Positions 52,507 through 63,599 are shown, counted from the first letter of the stretch. The stretch is DNA of 64,000 nt from Octopus sinensis (GCF_006345805.1 NC_043010.1:59892001-59956000); one strand, 5' to 3'. Made by a program: numbers and translations. Notes: a model not told the origin generated them from the sequence alone.

Positions 52507-53715
52507 ATGGAAATGAAAGAGATCATGGAGAAACTAAATTTAACAGATAGAACGGAGCCACTTAAACCCTGTGAGCCCAGGATCAACCTTAAAGACCACA
52601 AAAAGGACTTCTTGGATAACCCTTCAGTAAGGCTGATCTGTCCAACTAAGTCGGACATTGGCCGACTTAGTAAATCTATCCTGGATACTGTTCTACCCCA
52701 AATAACCCCTCTTCTCCCCTTAAACCTATGGCTAAGTACCGACGAAGTTCTAAAATGGTTTAACTCTCTAACTAATACTAGTAGTCTGTCCTTTATTCAG
52801 TTCGATATTAATAGTTATTACTCTAGCATTTCCCCTATCTTACTCAACAAATCACTAATATTTGCCATGAATCGCTCCCTCATAACTAGAGAAGAAATCA
52901 ATATTGTGCTACTAGCTAGGAAGACATTTATTGAATTTGAAGATAAATTATGGACTAGAGCAGATACACCAAATTTTTTTGATATACCAATGGGTTCCAG
53001 TGATTCGGCTGAGGTAACCAACCTAGTAGGCGCATATCTATTAAAATGCATAAGCAAGGATATCCCAGAAATACAGGGGGGTCTATATAGAGATGATGCT
53101 CTGTTTGTTATCCCTAGTAATAATAAATCTGTTATAGAAAGGATTAGAAAGAAAATTAATAAGTTCTTTAAGGATTTCAACCTCAGTATAACGTATGAAC
53201 CGGGCACTAAAATAGCTAATTTCCTAGATATTACCCTAGACCTTAACTCCAAGCTACATTACCCATTTAGAAAGGAAGGCGAAGTCACGAATTACGTAAA
53301 TAAATTATCAAATCATCCCCCAAATATAATAGAATCTTTAGTAAGAAATATTTCATTAAGAATTTCAAAATTATCATCCAATAAGGATATATTTAACTCC
53401 CATTCTGAGCATTATAATGCGGCGTTAACTAAGGCTGGATACAACCAAAAGATTACATTCGTTGATAGGGAGAACTCACGTATTCCTAATAATGAAGTTA
53501 TCAGTAATCAAGTAAGCAGCAAAAAAGACCAAACCCGAAATAAAAGTAGAATTAAATTAACGGTAAACGCCAATCTAGAGTACAGGCCCAACAATTCAAA
53601 TAGAAGCATTGACCAGAACATAGGTAACTCGGATAAGATTGAAGTAGATAAACCTAAGATGCACACAAATAAAATAAAAATAATGGTAATAAATACAATA
53701 ACTCCGGTGAGATGA
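52507..53715 (+). pseudogene. Penelope-like reverse transcriptase domain
   Basis: INLKDHK...RLICPTKSDIG, motif A FIQFDINSYYSSIS, motif B IPMGSSDSAEV, motif C LYRDDAL, NFLDITLDL, and thumb YVNKLSNHPP. Confidence 0.9.
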
Positions 53716-53749
53716 ATAGTAGTAATTCTACGAACCCTAAATTTTATAA

Positions 53750-53995
53750 AAAGATATATTATGGCTGAATATTCCTTTCAACTGTGCGATACAATCGGAT
53801 ATACAGAACAAATTCAAAGTAATTCTGGAAAAAAATTTCCCTATCTCTCATAGATATCATAGAATTATTTCTAGGAAAACAGTTAGGATTTCTTATTCAA
53901 CCCTCCCAAATATGTCCACTTTAATAGCTAAAATTAATAATAACAACATTAAACTAGCCAGGAAAGATAGAAATAAAATAATAATATCAGAATGA
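53750..53995 (+). pseudogene. Penelope-like post-thumb conserved segment (separate frame, absent from the ORF track)
   Basis: Hand translation KDILWLNIPFNCAIQSDIQNKFKVILEKNFPISHRYHRIISRKTVRISYSTLPNMSTLIAKINN matches the W-x-N-x-PF...F-P...K/R-x-SYS-x-x-PN block of PLE ORFs. Confidence 0.7.
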
Positions 53996-54436
53996 ATACC
54001 AATAGCAATAACAATAATACTACCAACAATAAAAACAGCAATAGGAACTATCAAACATAGGTGAAATTAGTAACCACAGAATGACTAATAACATTAACAT
54101 TAATAGTAATAATAACAATGCCGATATTAATAGAAGTAATATTGTTAATAATAGAAATAATAGAAATAAGGCTAATGGAGAAAATAAGGAGAATGAAAAT
54201 ATCAGTGATATCTATAACAATAATATACAGTTGGATAAAAGACTAACAATAATAATAACATTACGAATAATATAAGAAATCTTGGTAGGACTTTACGCCT
54301 AAATGATGAAACGGAAGGATCAATAAATAATAACAATACTTTAGATATCAGTACCAACTATAGAAATGATAATCAAAATAATAGGAACCTTAAACATCTA
54401 CCCAGGAATAATCCAAGGCCTGAAGTTGTTCCTCCT

Positions 54437-54862
54437 GTGTGTAAGTGTAGAATAAAATCAAAATGCCCGGCACCTGGTCTATGTAGGGAAAATAATGTAA
54501 TCTATAAATGTACCATATCCACGGAGAATAACAAATATTTTTACATTGGCTGTACAATTAATTTTTTAGCCAGAGTTAGAAATCACATCTCGACTTTTAA
54601 ATTACGTCATAAAGCTGGTACCACCACACTTTCAAACAAAATCTGGGAACTCAAAAATAATAACAAAAATTATACCCTTAATTGGGAAATAGTTAGGAGA
54701 GCAATTCCGTATAAAAATAGTAGGGTTGGTTGTCAACTATGCTCCATGGAGACGTACGAAATTCTAAAGCATAGTAAACATAGAAACTTATTGAATAACC
54801 ATATCGAACTAGGTCAAGTTTGTGTCCACGCTAAATTGAAGACTTTAAAATATTTTAAATGA
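54437..54862 (+). pseudogene. Penelope-like GIY-YIG endonuclease with preceding Cys cluster
   Basis: CKCRIKSKCPAPGLC, then NVIYKC...FYIGCT, R-x-x-x-H (RVRNH), LSNKIWELK, CQLC, LLNN and CVH (CCHH-type residues). Confidence 0.88.
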
Positions 54863-55063
54863 TTGGAATATTCATAACTAGATAGATAGATATAACTTGA
54901 TTTCTACTAGTATAGCACTGCTTTAAGTAGATAACTAAGAGTTCTCACATTACAGTTATCTTTATCTTTTTCCTTATATCTACATCAGTTTTTTGAGAAC
55001 AGAGAAATGAATAGTACTTATTCGCTACTTAATTGAGGCTTTATTTAATTTCAAACTCACAAT

Positions 55064-56411
55064 TTTTAAATTCTTAATTTTAAATCTTAATTGTAATATT
55101 TAATTTTAATTCCTAACTTAATCTAATTTAAATAGCATAACTCTAATAAATTATAATTAGTTACTGTAGCCCCATAATTCTATTTCATAATTAAATAAAT
55201 AAGGCTATTCCCTCGGTGATAATATGATTATCTTCATTAGGATAGACAATCCCCTAACACCTTGTAAATGATCTTATAAGATTTGACCTGTAGTCGGTCA
55301 ATGTATGAATAATAACGACAACTCCTTAAGACAATAAAATGAATAAATTAAATAAGTAAATTTTTAATGACTTTTTGATAAGATTATACTTAGATTTTCC
55401 TAATGTATTTTCTGGTGATTTTAGCATCTGACCCCTTAACCCCTGACTGTGTTATCTCTTTAGATTCTCTTTAAACTCATAGCTGATTTCAACAGCAATA
55501 AATTAACGGTTTACTGGTCAAAGAATAATAATATTCCCCTCCAGTCCCCAGATGCCTGTTGATTAAAACCAGACTTACAGTCTACTAGCTCTTCTGTATA
55601 ACTAGAACCCTCTTTTTTCTTTTTTCTTTTTCTTTTTTTCCCTTCTTTCCCTATTCCTTTCTCTTTTCTCTTTCTTCTTTTTCTTCTTCTTATTCTCTGT
55701 TCCCTTTTCTCTTCTCTTTTAGTCCCCCTTTCCCCCTCCTTTTTTGCTCCCTCCTCCATTATTTTCTCTCTTTTCTTCTATTCCCTTCTCTATTCTTGGC
55801 CGATCTAGTAAGCCCTTCAACCTTTAAGAGTTAAATAGCTGCAGCCTCTTGTGAATAGCAGTAATGTGATTAATATGGCAAACACCTAATCATATAACAA
55901 GGATTGGTACCTACCTCATTGTGTTCAACCATTGTAAAATTTATCGCCTGTGAATATGAAATTCATCTCCATTTCTCTGGAAATTTACATCTACACCATT
56001 GGAATCTGTGCATATATACAAAGGATTAATTCACCCTCTCTGTAATGCTAATAACAATGGATAAATTTGTCTTCTGTGAGTATATAATCCCTCATCATAT
56101 CTATGGAAATTCATATGGATTAGGTCACCTTCTCTGTGATGCTACCAAAACTTTTTTAAAATTCTGTGATAAGACTATGCATCATCTTTAAAGAACTTTA
56201 ATGAACTTTAGAAATCTGTTTAATTATCTACATTACTTCATGAGTATAGCCTCAAACACTAGGATGTCTAGAGAACTTACATGTATTTTAGCTGATGAGT
56301 ACGGGACTCGTTTATATGCTGTAATCTTTGCAACTTTTAATAAAACCTGTCCTTGTATGAAACGATCGTACTAAAAACCTATCCATTCTTGTTGCTTCTT
56401 TCTCGCTTATA
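55064..56411 (+). repeat. Right arm of 1348-bp inverted repeat (partner 50258-51605)
   Basis: As for the left arm. Includes a T/C-rich tract at ~55610-55800. Confidence 0.95.
56286..56376 (+). ncRNA. Type I hammerhead ribozyme motif (PLE-associated, palindromic stem III)
   Basis: Stem I TTTTAG/CTAAAA. Core CTGATGA 56292-56298. Stem II GTACGGGAC/GTCCTTGTAT (one bulge, G-U closing pair). GAAA 56359-56362. Palindrome ACGATCGT 56362-56369. Predicted GUA cleavage after 56370. Confidence 0.8.
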
Positions 56412-56531
56412 ATCACCCCACATTACTGTATTGTTAAATCAGTATAGTTTTTTTTTTTTTTTGGTGCATCTAAGTTAGGTACCATATTCAAGTAAATTTT
56501 TTAAATTAACTTGAATCTTTATTGCTCTTTG

Positions 56532-56572
<41 letters not shown>

Positions 56573-56949
56573 ATGGGGGAGAGAAATAGAGATTAACATA
56601 TATAGTACAGAGTGAGTGCTTTAATCCAATTTGTTGAGATTAGCTTTCCAATCCTGTCTGGTTTCATTAGCAAGGTGCTACTAAATCATCGTAAAAACAT
56701 TATTCTCTGTCAATGATTGATGGCTTAACTCTACAGCTTAATATTGTTTCAGATTCTTTTGTTTTGAAAATGCAATATGTGGCTAAAGTGGAGAACAAAT
56801 CTATAACTGTGATATGAGTCTATAACTTGAACATCTTATTTGCCTGCTACTTGGTGTTTTTTTATTGTCACAAAAACAATATTTCTTAGTTTTAAAAAGA
56901 AATTATGTCTAAAATATGTTTCAAAATAATATTTTGAAATAAACATTTT

Positions 56950-56967
56950 GCTTTCCTTTCATTGCAG
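56950..56967 (+). other. Splice acceptor of the protocadherin coding exon
   Basis: Pyrimidine tract ctttcctttcattgCAG ending at 56967, 41 nt before the ATG. Implies an upstream non-coding exon. Confidence 0.75.
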
Positions 56968-57008
56968 AAACGCTGGGTTAATTTCATGGCTGTCTTTTGC
57001 CTTTCACA

Positions 57009-59405
57009 ATGACAAGCGAAAATATGATGTTGATTGTAATATTTCTGCTCTCAGTTCAGGAGTGTCAATCAATTGACCTTACTTACACTGTCAGAGAAGA
57101 AGAAAGTCCCGGCACTTATATTGGAGACGTTGCTGCTGATTCCCATTTCTTCGATACTGTCCCATCCAAGGATGCACATTTGATAACATTCAGTGAGGTG
57201 CAACGGAGAAAGACGCAGTTGTTTAATGTGAGTGAAAATGGAGGATTATACACAGCACACAAGCTGGATGCTGAATCCCTCTGTACTTTTAACAAAGAAT
57301 GTAGTAGAGTTTCTAAAGTTGCTATTCGGAAAGGGAAATCGTTTTTGAAGATCCTTAAAGTGAAAATAATTATTGAAGACATTAACGACCATCAGCCAAA
57401 CTTCCCTAACTCTCATGTTAGTATCCAGTTTTCAGAACGAGATAGCAAAGGGTCACAGCTGACTATCCCCAATGCTATTGATAAAGACATTTTCTCCCAA
57501 AATCACATGATCAACTATCATTTAAAAAAAATTGATGGTGAACCATTTTCATTGTCTGTTACTAAAAGAGTTGATGGTATATCCTCCTTAAAGATTATTT
57601 TAGAAACAAAATTAGATCGAGAAGTAAAAGATACATATAATATTGAAGTTGTAGCAAAGGATGGTGGTTCCCCACCAAAGCAGAGCAGCTTAAATGTAGA
57701 AATTACAGTTAAAGATGAAAATGATAACCAGCCAGTCTTCTCACAGAATGTTTATAATATATCCATAGAAAGTACACATGAATTAGACAGACCGGTGTTG
57801 AAGTTATCTGCTAATGACCTAGACATTGGCAATAACGGTATTGTTTCTTATGATTTTAGTCCTATGAACTCAAATAATATGAAAACTAAATTTCGGTTGA
57901 ATGAACGGACTGGGGAAATTTTTTTGACTAAACAGTCTCATGTTGAGGAAAAGAATAATTTTGAGTTGTACATCGAAGCCAGAGATGGAGGCAGCCCTCC
58001 TCTCAGTTCCATAGCCACCATTATGATAAAAGTTATCAATCATCACAATAACCCTCCAAATATTGATATAGACTTTGTCTCAGCTATCAATGACAACACA
58101 GCAACCATTTTCGAAGACATCAAAGTTGGTAGTTTCATTGCTTATGTGATGGTCACTGACAATGATGTTGGACACAATGGACAGGTGAACTGTCATATCA
58201 AAGATGACACATTCAAACTACAGTCAATGGGATCGAAGGAATATAAAATAGTTCTAAAGAAAGCAGTAGACAGAGAGACACAGGAACATTATCACTTTAC
58301 TGTGTCGTGTGAAGATAAAGGATTACCTGCTCTGAAAACTGATAAAGATCTGTCAATCCAAGTGTTGGATGTGAATGATGTAGAACCACACTTTACGAAA
58401 GACACATTCAAGTTCCTTACCTATGAGAATGACAAAGCTAATTTCCCTATTGGCTTTATCAATGCTACAGACCCAGATATTGGTAAGGGAGGTGAATTGT
58501 CTTATTCTCTGAGAAATAAACAGCAATATCGTCTGCCATTCCAGATTATCAACTCTGGCTTTATTTCAACAAACCAGTCTTTAGACAGAGAACACAGAGA
58601 TTTCTATGAGTTTGAGGTTTTTGTGAAAGACAATGGAAGCCCATCTCTGAATAACACAGTGAATGTTGAAGTGGAAGTATTGGATAGAAATGATAATGCT
58701 CCCTATTTTACATTTCCTAGTGTTGACCCTTTCACTCTTGATGTCCACTATCATCCGCAAAGTAAGAACGACATCACAGTTCTGAAAGCATCTGATATAG
58801 ACAGTCACATGAATGCTTTTCTCAGGTATGAAATCGTTTCAGGTAACGAGAGACAGTTATTTAAACTGGACTCGTTCACTGGTGTGTTATCTTACTCTCG
58901 CACAGTTTACCAAAATGATGCCGGATCATATGAGCTTGAGTTTGTTGTGAAAGACAGTGGTACTCCAGTTCTCTCAGCAACAACTAGCATCTCTTTGACA
59001 CTGACTGTTAGCAACAAGACGTCACCAATGTTCACAGCTGTGCACCTACCAAGTGATAACACAATAGATGCGACATTGTTGATTATCATTGTAGTAGCAG
59101 CTGTGATAGTATCTATAGCTATTGTGGTTTCTATAACCCTGTGTATTATTCGAGGTAATGTGAGACACGGCTCATCTAGAACAGAAAATAAACAGGCATA
59201 CCAATGTCAGAATGAGATGAGACAGTTGATCTATCAAGGTAACAACAGTGTCTCTGTGATGTCAGGTAATCAAGGAGAGATATCAGACAGATACTGTCAT
59301 TCAAGAAGTCAGTACTATTCTGAAGACTGGAATACTCCAACTGTTCCAAGACTGCCAAAATCATTGAAGGTAAGTTTCCTTTGTTCCAAGTATTTTAATT
59401 CATAA
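57009..59405 (+). CDS. Pcdh: Protocadherin, large coding exon: signal peptide, 6 cadherin repeats, TM helix, proximal cytoplasmic tail (spliced form probably ends at 59369)
   Basis: The ORF-track start at 56997 is TTG; the first in-frame ATG is 57009 (MTSENMMLIVIFLLSVQECQS, signal-like). Cadherin linkers DINDHQP, DENDNQP, NHHNNPP, DVNDVEP, DRNDNAP. LDRE/VDRE and A-x-D-x-G-x-P motifs. EC1 LDAESLCTFNKEC Cys pair typical of protocadherins. TM LLIIIVVAAVIVSIAIVVSITLCII. The single large EC+TM exon matches protocadherin gene architecture. The symbol is family-level only. Confidence 0.96.
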   Translation: MTSENMMLIVIFLLSVQECQSIDLTYTVREEESPGTYIGDVAADSHFFDTVPSKDAHLITFSEVQRRKTQLFNVSENGGLYTAHKLDAESLCTFNKECSRVSKVAIRKGKSFLKILKVKIIIEDINDHQPNFPNSHVSIQFSERDSKGSQLTIPNAIDKDIFSQNHMINYHLKKIDGEPFSLSVTKRVDGISSLKIILETKLDREVKDTYNIEVVAKDGGSPPKQSSLNVEITVKDENDNQPVFSQNVYNISIESTHELDRPVLKLSANDLDIGNNGIVSYDFSPMNSNNMKTKFRLNERTGEIFLTKQSHVEEKNNFELYIEARDGGSPPLSSIATIMIKVINHHNNPPNIDIDFVSAINDNTATIFEDIKVGSFIAYVMVTDNDVGHNGQVNCHIKDDTFKLQSMGSKEYKIVLKKAVDRETQEHYHFTVSCEDKGLPALKTDKDLSIQVLDVNDVEPHFTKDTFKFLTYENDKANFPIGFINATDPDIGKGGELSYSLRNKQQYRLPFQIINSGFISTNQSLDREHRDFYEFEVFVKDNGSPSLNNTVNVEVEVLDRNDNAPYFTFPSVDPFTLDVHYHPQSKNDITVLKASDIDSHMNAFLRYEIVSGNERQLFKLDSFTGVLSYSRTVYQNDAGSYELEFVVKDSGTPVLSATTSISLTLTVSNKTSPMFTAVHLPSDNTIDATLLIIIVVAAVIVSIAIVVSITLCIIRGNVRHGSSRTENKQAYQCQNEMRQLIYQGNNSVSVMSGNQGEISDRYCHSRSQYYSEDWNTPTVPRLPKSLKVSFLCSKYFNS
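59367..59375 (+). other. Splice donor ending the protocadherin coding exon (phase 0)
   Basis: AAG|GTAAGT perfect consensus at 59369/59370. 57009-59369 is 2361 nt = 787 codons. Confidence 0.85.
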
Positions 59406-60184
59406 TAGGGTTTGGGGGATTTTAATAAAAGTATTAACAGTGGATATAGTCAATTCAATTTTACCAGTCACAATTATTCAAAACAAACAATGCAAAAAAT
59501 AGGAGGCCCTGAACTTACACAAGAACAATAGAAAATGCTAGAAAAAAATATTTAAATTTTTGCTGGCCATGTCTGTATATGAAGTAGAAAATATGACCCC
59601 AAGATAAAAATTATTTTTTGGTTAAAAAAATTTGTAAAACTGCTTCTCATGCATTCACCCTATTTTCCTCTAAAGCACTTATAATACCTTTCCCTAATGA
59701 ATTTGTATGCTCTTCTCTAATTGCTCTGTAGTGTATTCCTTTAAGTTATGTACCAATCTTTTATAATGGCTCTGTAGCTTATGCTCCTAATTATATTTCT
59801 CTAATAGTCTTAACCAGCTTTTATGAATTTATTACACATACATATATTTTTGCAATTGTACACATAAATCCATTAACGAATATCATCTTCCAGAAAGTTG
59901 TATGATGTAAGAAGTAATCTTCTTTAAAATGATACAATTCTCTTCCAATAATCATAACTGTATTCCTTTGATAACAACATTCGATTGTCAATTTTGGTTC
60001 AAAAACCATACAACAGTCCTGACCGGTGTGTGTGTGTGTCTGTGTGTGCATTTGTATATGTGTGAATAGGGGCATAAGTAGACAATAATGAGGGGTGTGG
60101 GTGGAGTAGGTTTATGACTGAAAAAAGGGATTGAGGTAATCAATGTGTAACAGGATAACTGAGATTAGACAATCCTGATTAATG

Positions 60185-61507
60185 CAACGGTGACATTTAT
60201 CTATGTCTCTGCTCCACAATCTGCACTGGCAGATAAACCAAGGTACTGACTCTACGAGGCTCTCTTGCAAAGGACCTTAACGACAACTGACAATGGCATA
60301 ATCATTGTGGCTGATGACTTCAACAGACATGTTGGGCAGCATTCTGATGGATTACATGGTGCGCATGGAGGTTAAGGATTAGATTCAAGAAAAAGGAAAC
60401 AAGGCAGCTGGGGGGTTCTGTGATGCTAATGACTTAATAATTTGCAACACTTAACTTCAGGAAACCACTTGGCTACCCGGTCATTTTTCACTCAGGTTAA
60501 CACACAAACCAGTTAAACATCATTTTTTCTAGGAAATGAGACAGACAAATGGTATAGTCTTTCACTGGTGAACAATGCAACACCCAACACAGGCTTATCA
60601 TGTATTTCCCTAATGAATTTCTATGCTAATTGGTCTGTAGTGTATTCACTAACGATTAGTGATTTCAGACTTGAAGGTAGTTTGGAAAAGGATGATGTAG
60701 AAGTTGTTATATTTAGGGATGGTCATTTTTTCTTGCCAAATAAACACACACATTGTCTATTCGTTCTTCACTTGTTTATTATTGTTCTTAGTTTCTCTTA
60801 TATCCATTGTCTGGAAATTTTTCATCACACTCCTGTAACTTCAACAGCAACTCTTCCATCTCGCACGTCTCCTGTTTTGCTCAGTCCATTCTTTGGCAAG
60901 TAAAAAAAATGACCATCCCAAAATATAAGAATATCTGTTTCAAAATATGATTTCTCATCAGGAATCTTCCAAAACAAATTCATAAACGTAATACTATAGA
61001 AGCTTAAAGATCTGTTGAACAGCTGGAAATTTATAAGAACTAGTTGAAATATTTGAGAAAAGAGAGGGAAAAATAGAAACAATAACAAAGAGGACAAATG
61101 GAAGTTGGTGTGAGACAACCTGCTGAGGGGTTCAGACGAAATTAGGGGACTGGTGTAAGATTTCAGCCAGATTGAAGGTGATATGGTGATGGGGCAGTAA
61201 GGTAGGCAGAGGTAGAAAGAAGAGAAACAGGCTTTGAAAAACTGGATGAAAGGGAGTAGCAGAGATCCATATTGGATAGCTTAAAGGGACAGCAGGCGTA
61301 CATAGCAAAGGAATGAGTAGACAGGAAGAGATGAATAAGGTTCTATGGCTTGAGATTCAAATGGGTGGTCATATTCTGGATTGTAATGTAGTGTACCAGA
61401 GAGAATCAGATGTTGTGGTGGAGATGGATAATGGCCCACTTGCACTTAGTAACCCTGAAAAGAAAGCAGCTTGAAATATTTAAGGCTATTAAATGTAGAG
61501 AATGAAT

Positions 61508-61581
<74 letters not shown>

Positions 61582-62830
61582 CTTCTCAGCATATAGTCAA
61601 CTGACGAAAAGTCATTCTAGTAGATGCCAGTATGATTGATAAATCCATAGATGATATGAAGGTCCCTGGTCCATCAAGAATTACCACTGAGGCACTTAAA
61701 ATATCTGGAAAGTAGGGTTTGGACTAGTTACCTGAGTACTCAACCAGGTTGTACAGGGAGATATCAGATGTCACCCACTAACTGGTGTAGCTGCATCGTA
61801 GTCAATGGCTACAAGGGTCAAGGGTCAACTGTTACAAGAGATACCTTACAGAGTGGTAATTACAAGTGTATGAAATTACTGGATTAGGTTTCAGAAAGAG
61901 TTATAAGCTCAATTAATCAGGAAGAGCATTGGCCTGGATTAGATGCAGTTTGGATGTATGACAAGGAGAAGTACTTAGCATTTGCCAACCTGGAGTGAGC
62001 TTTTGACAGGCTCCCTTGTTCTGAGATCTGGAGGTTACTGAGAAAGCTGGGAGTAGATAAATGACCTACGAGAGTCCAACAAATCATGTACATGGATGTT
62101 ATCAGCAAGGTGAGAGTGATGAGTGTAGTGACAAACTTAATGTGCCGGCAGGGGTCCACTATGGCTTAGTTCTTAATCCTTGTATATTCATTATATTATA
62201 ATCCCTGTATATTTATTATAGTATATTGGACACATGAAAGAAATTTATGACTGGATGCCTGTGAAAACTTCCATGATGACAATGACTTCATTCCCATAAC
62301 TGAAACTGTAGCAAGATTAGCGGGGAAATTATGGATGTGGAAGTTACACCTAAAATAAAAGACTTCAAAGTTACCTTTGTAGAGACTCATCTGTTTAAGT
62401 CCTTTGCATTCATCAGAGAGATGGCCTTGTTCAATACAAAGAAAAGGAGTAGGCAGAAAGTCCATATGGTGTGCTCAGGGCAAACTATGAGTACACAATA
62501 AGTGCAGCAGTATGACAAGCATTTAAACAGAGAAAGCAGGCTTTGCACATGGCAGATACTTTGGAACAATAAACACTAAGAGCACACAGGAAACAGATTC
62601 TTTTAAATGCACAGAAGGATGTTGATAGCCTCTGTCACTTAGGTTGCCTAATTAGCAGCAGAAGAGGATTTTCTAAAAGAATAGTAGCTAGAATAAGAAA
62701 GGCTGGAGAAAGTTCAGAGAGCTATTGTCTGTTGGTAATGAAGGTTTTCTCTTTGTGTACAAGTTGCAATTTTATGCAGTGGTGAGACAAAAAAAGACCA
62801 GAAAGGCAGGAAGTGAATGTCCATATGCTG
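60185..62830 (+). mobile_element. Fragmented RTE-clade LINE (endonuclease and RT pieces, with insertions)
   Basis: YVSAPQ...IVADDFNRHVG...GAHGG...FCDANDLIICNT at 60185-60480. RT pieces GPSRITTEALK, NYKCMKLLD, MQFG, FDR.P.SEIW.LLRKLGVD and GVH.G.VLNP at 61650-62190. Confidence 0.7.
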
Positions 62831-62959
62831 AGGGATGAGCGATGTAAGTTTAGAAAGCAGTCACAGTTTTCCATGATAATGAGGAGATATTTGTACTGAT
62901 GTCTATATAGTAATGTGCATACTCTGTTGTGTGTGCACATCTAGCGGATCATGCTAGCT

Positions 62960-63290
62960 TCATTACTTTTGAGCCTACGCAGTCACTGCCATGAAGCATG
63001 GCAGTTCACACACCTGCATCGTACAAACTATCTTCTACTCTGAGCGAGAGACCCTTTGTCACCAGTAGGGGTAGAAGCTTTCTGAACTTAGCCTAGGCTA
63101 TTCTTATTCTAGTGGTAACACTCTCTGAGCATCCACCCTCACTACAGACTTGGTCACCTTCGTAATGGAAGCTATCAACTACTTCTAGTTTCTTCTCCTG
63201 GCATGTGATGGAATCTGTTTTCTGAGCATCTGTGGTGTTTATTGCCCCTGTGAATCTGCTGCACACAAAAGCTATCTTCCTGGTTTAATC
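62960..63290 (-). mobile_element. RTE-type LINE RT C-terminal relic
   Basis: Resembles VDSFRYLGDQVSSGGGCSESV..RIR.A..KFRELLPLL in degraded form. A similar plus-strand piece lies at 62640-62760. Confidence 0.5.
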
Positions 63291-63599
63291 TTCCTTTGAT
63301 GTTGCTGCACCTCTTATGTGTCCATAGCTTACTTTCTATCATTTTTGGTCCAGTCTATAATTCCAACTCCATATCTGATTAAGCTAACTGATCTTGAATT
63401 TATTGTTTCAATAAAATTTTTGGAATTCACCTTTGACTACAATAATTTTCTCACCCTCCTTGTGTACTCCCAACTGGTAATTTATTTCATTTCTTCATTT
63501 TTTTTTTAATCTCGTCTGCTTCCAGTATTCCCAAGTACTCGTACCACTGTCCTTTCTCAACCACTCTCATTCTTTGACCATTTGGCATTACAATTCCTT

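Larger units (their letters stand above)
50258..56531 (+). mobile_element. Penelope-like retroelement (C-terminal GIY-YIG type) with direct pseudo-LTR and inverted 5' arm, inserted in (TA)n
   Basis: RT and GIY-YIG ORF pieces at 52025-54862. Direct repeat 51599-51970 = 56155-56531. Inverted repeat 50258-51605 = revcomp of 55064-56411. (TA)n flanks at 50235-50260 and 56532-56575. Hammerhead motifs in the repeats. Confidence 0.93.

Noticed and set aside
52481-52510. Programmed -1 frameshift in the PLE ORF
   Set aside because: No X-XXY-YYZ slippery heptamer in frame, PLEs normally have one ORF, and other frameshifts occur downstream.
52818-53252. Antisense ORFs over RT and over the protocadherin (57116-57382, 58581-58808, 58907-59089, 59176-59364)
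   Set aside because: Shadow frames of real sense-strand coding sequence.
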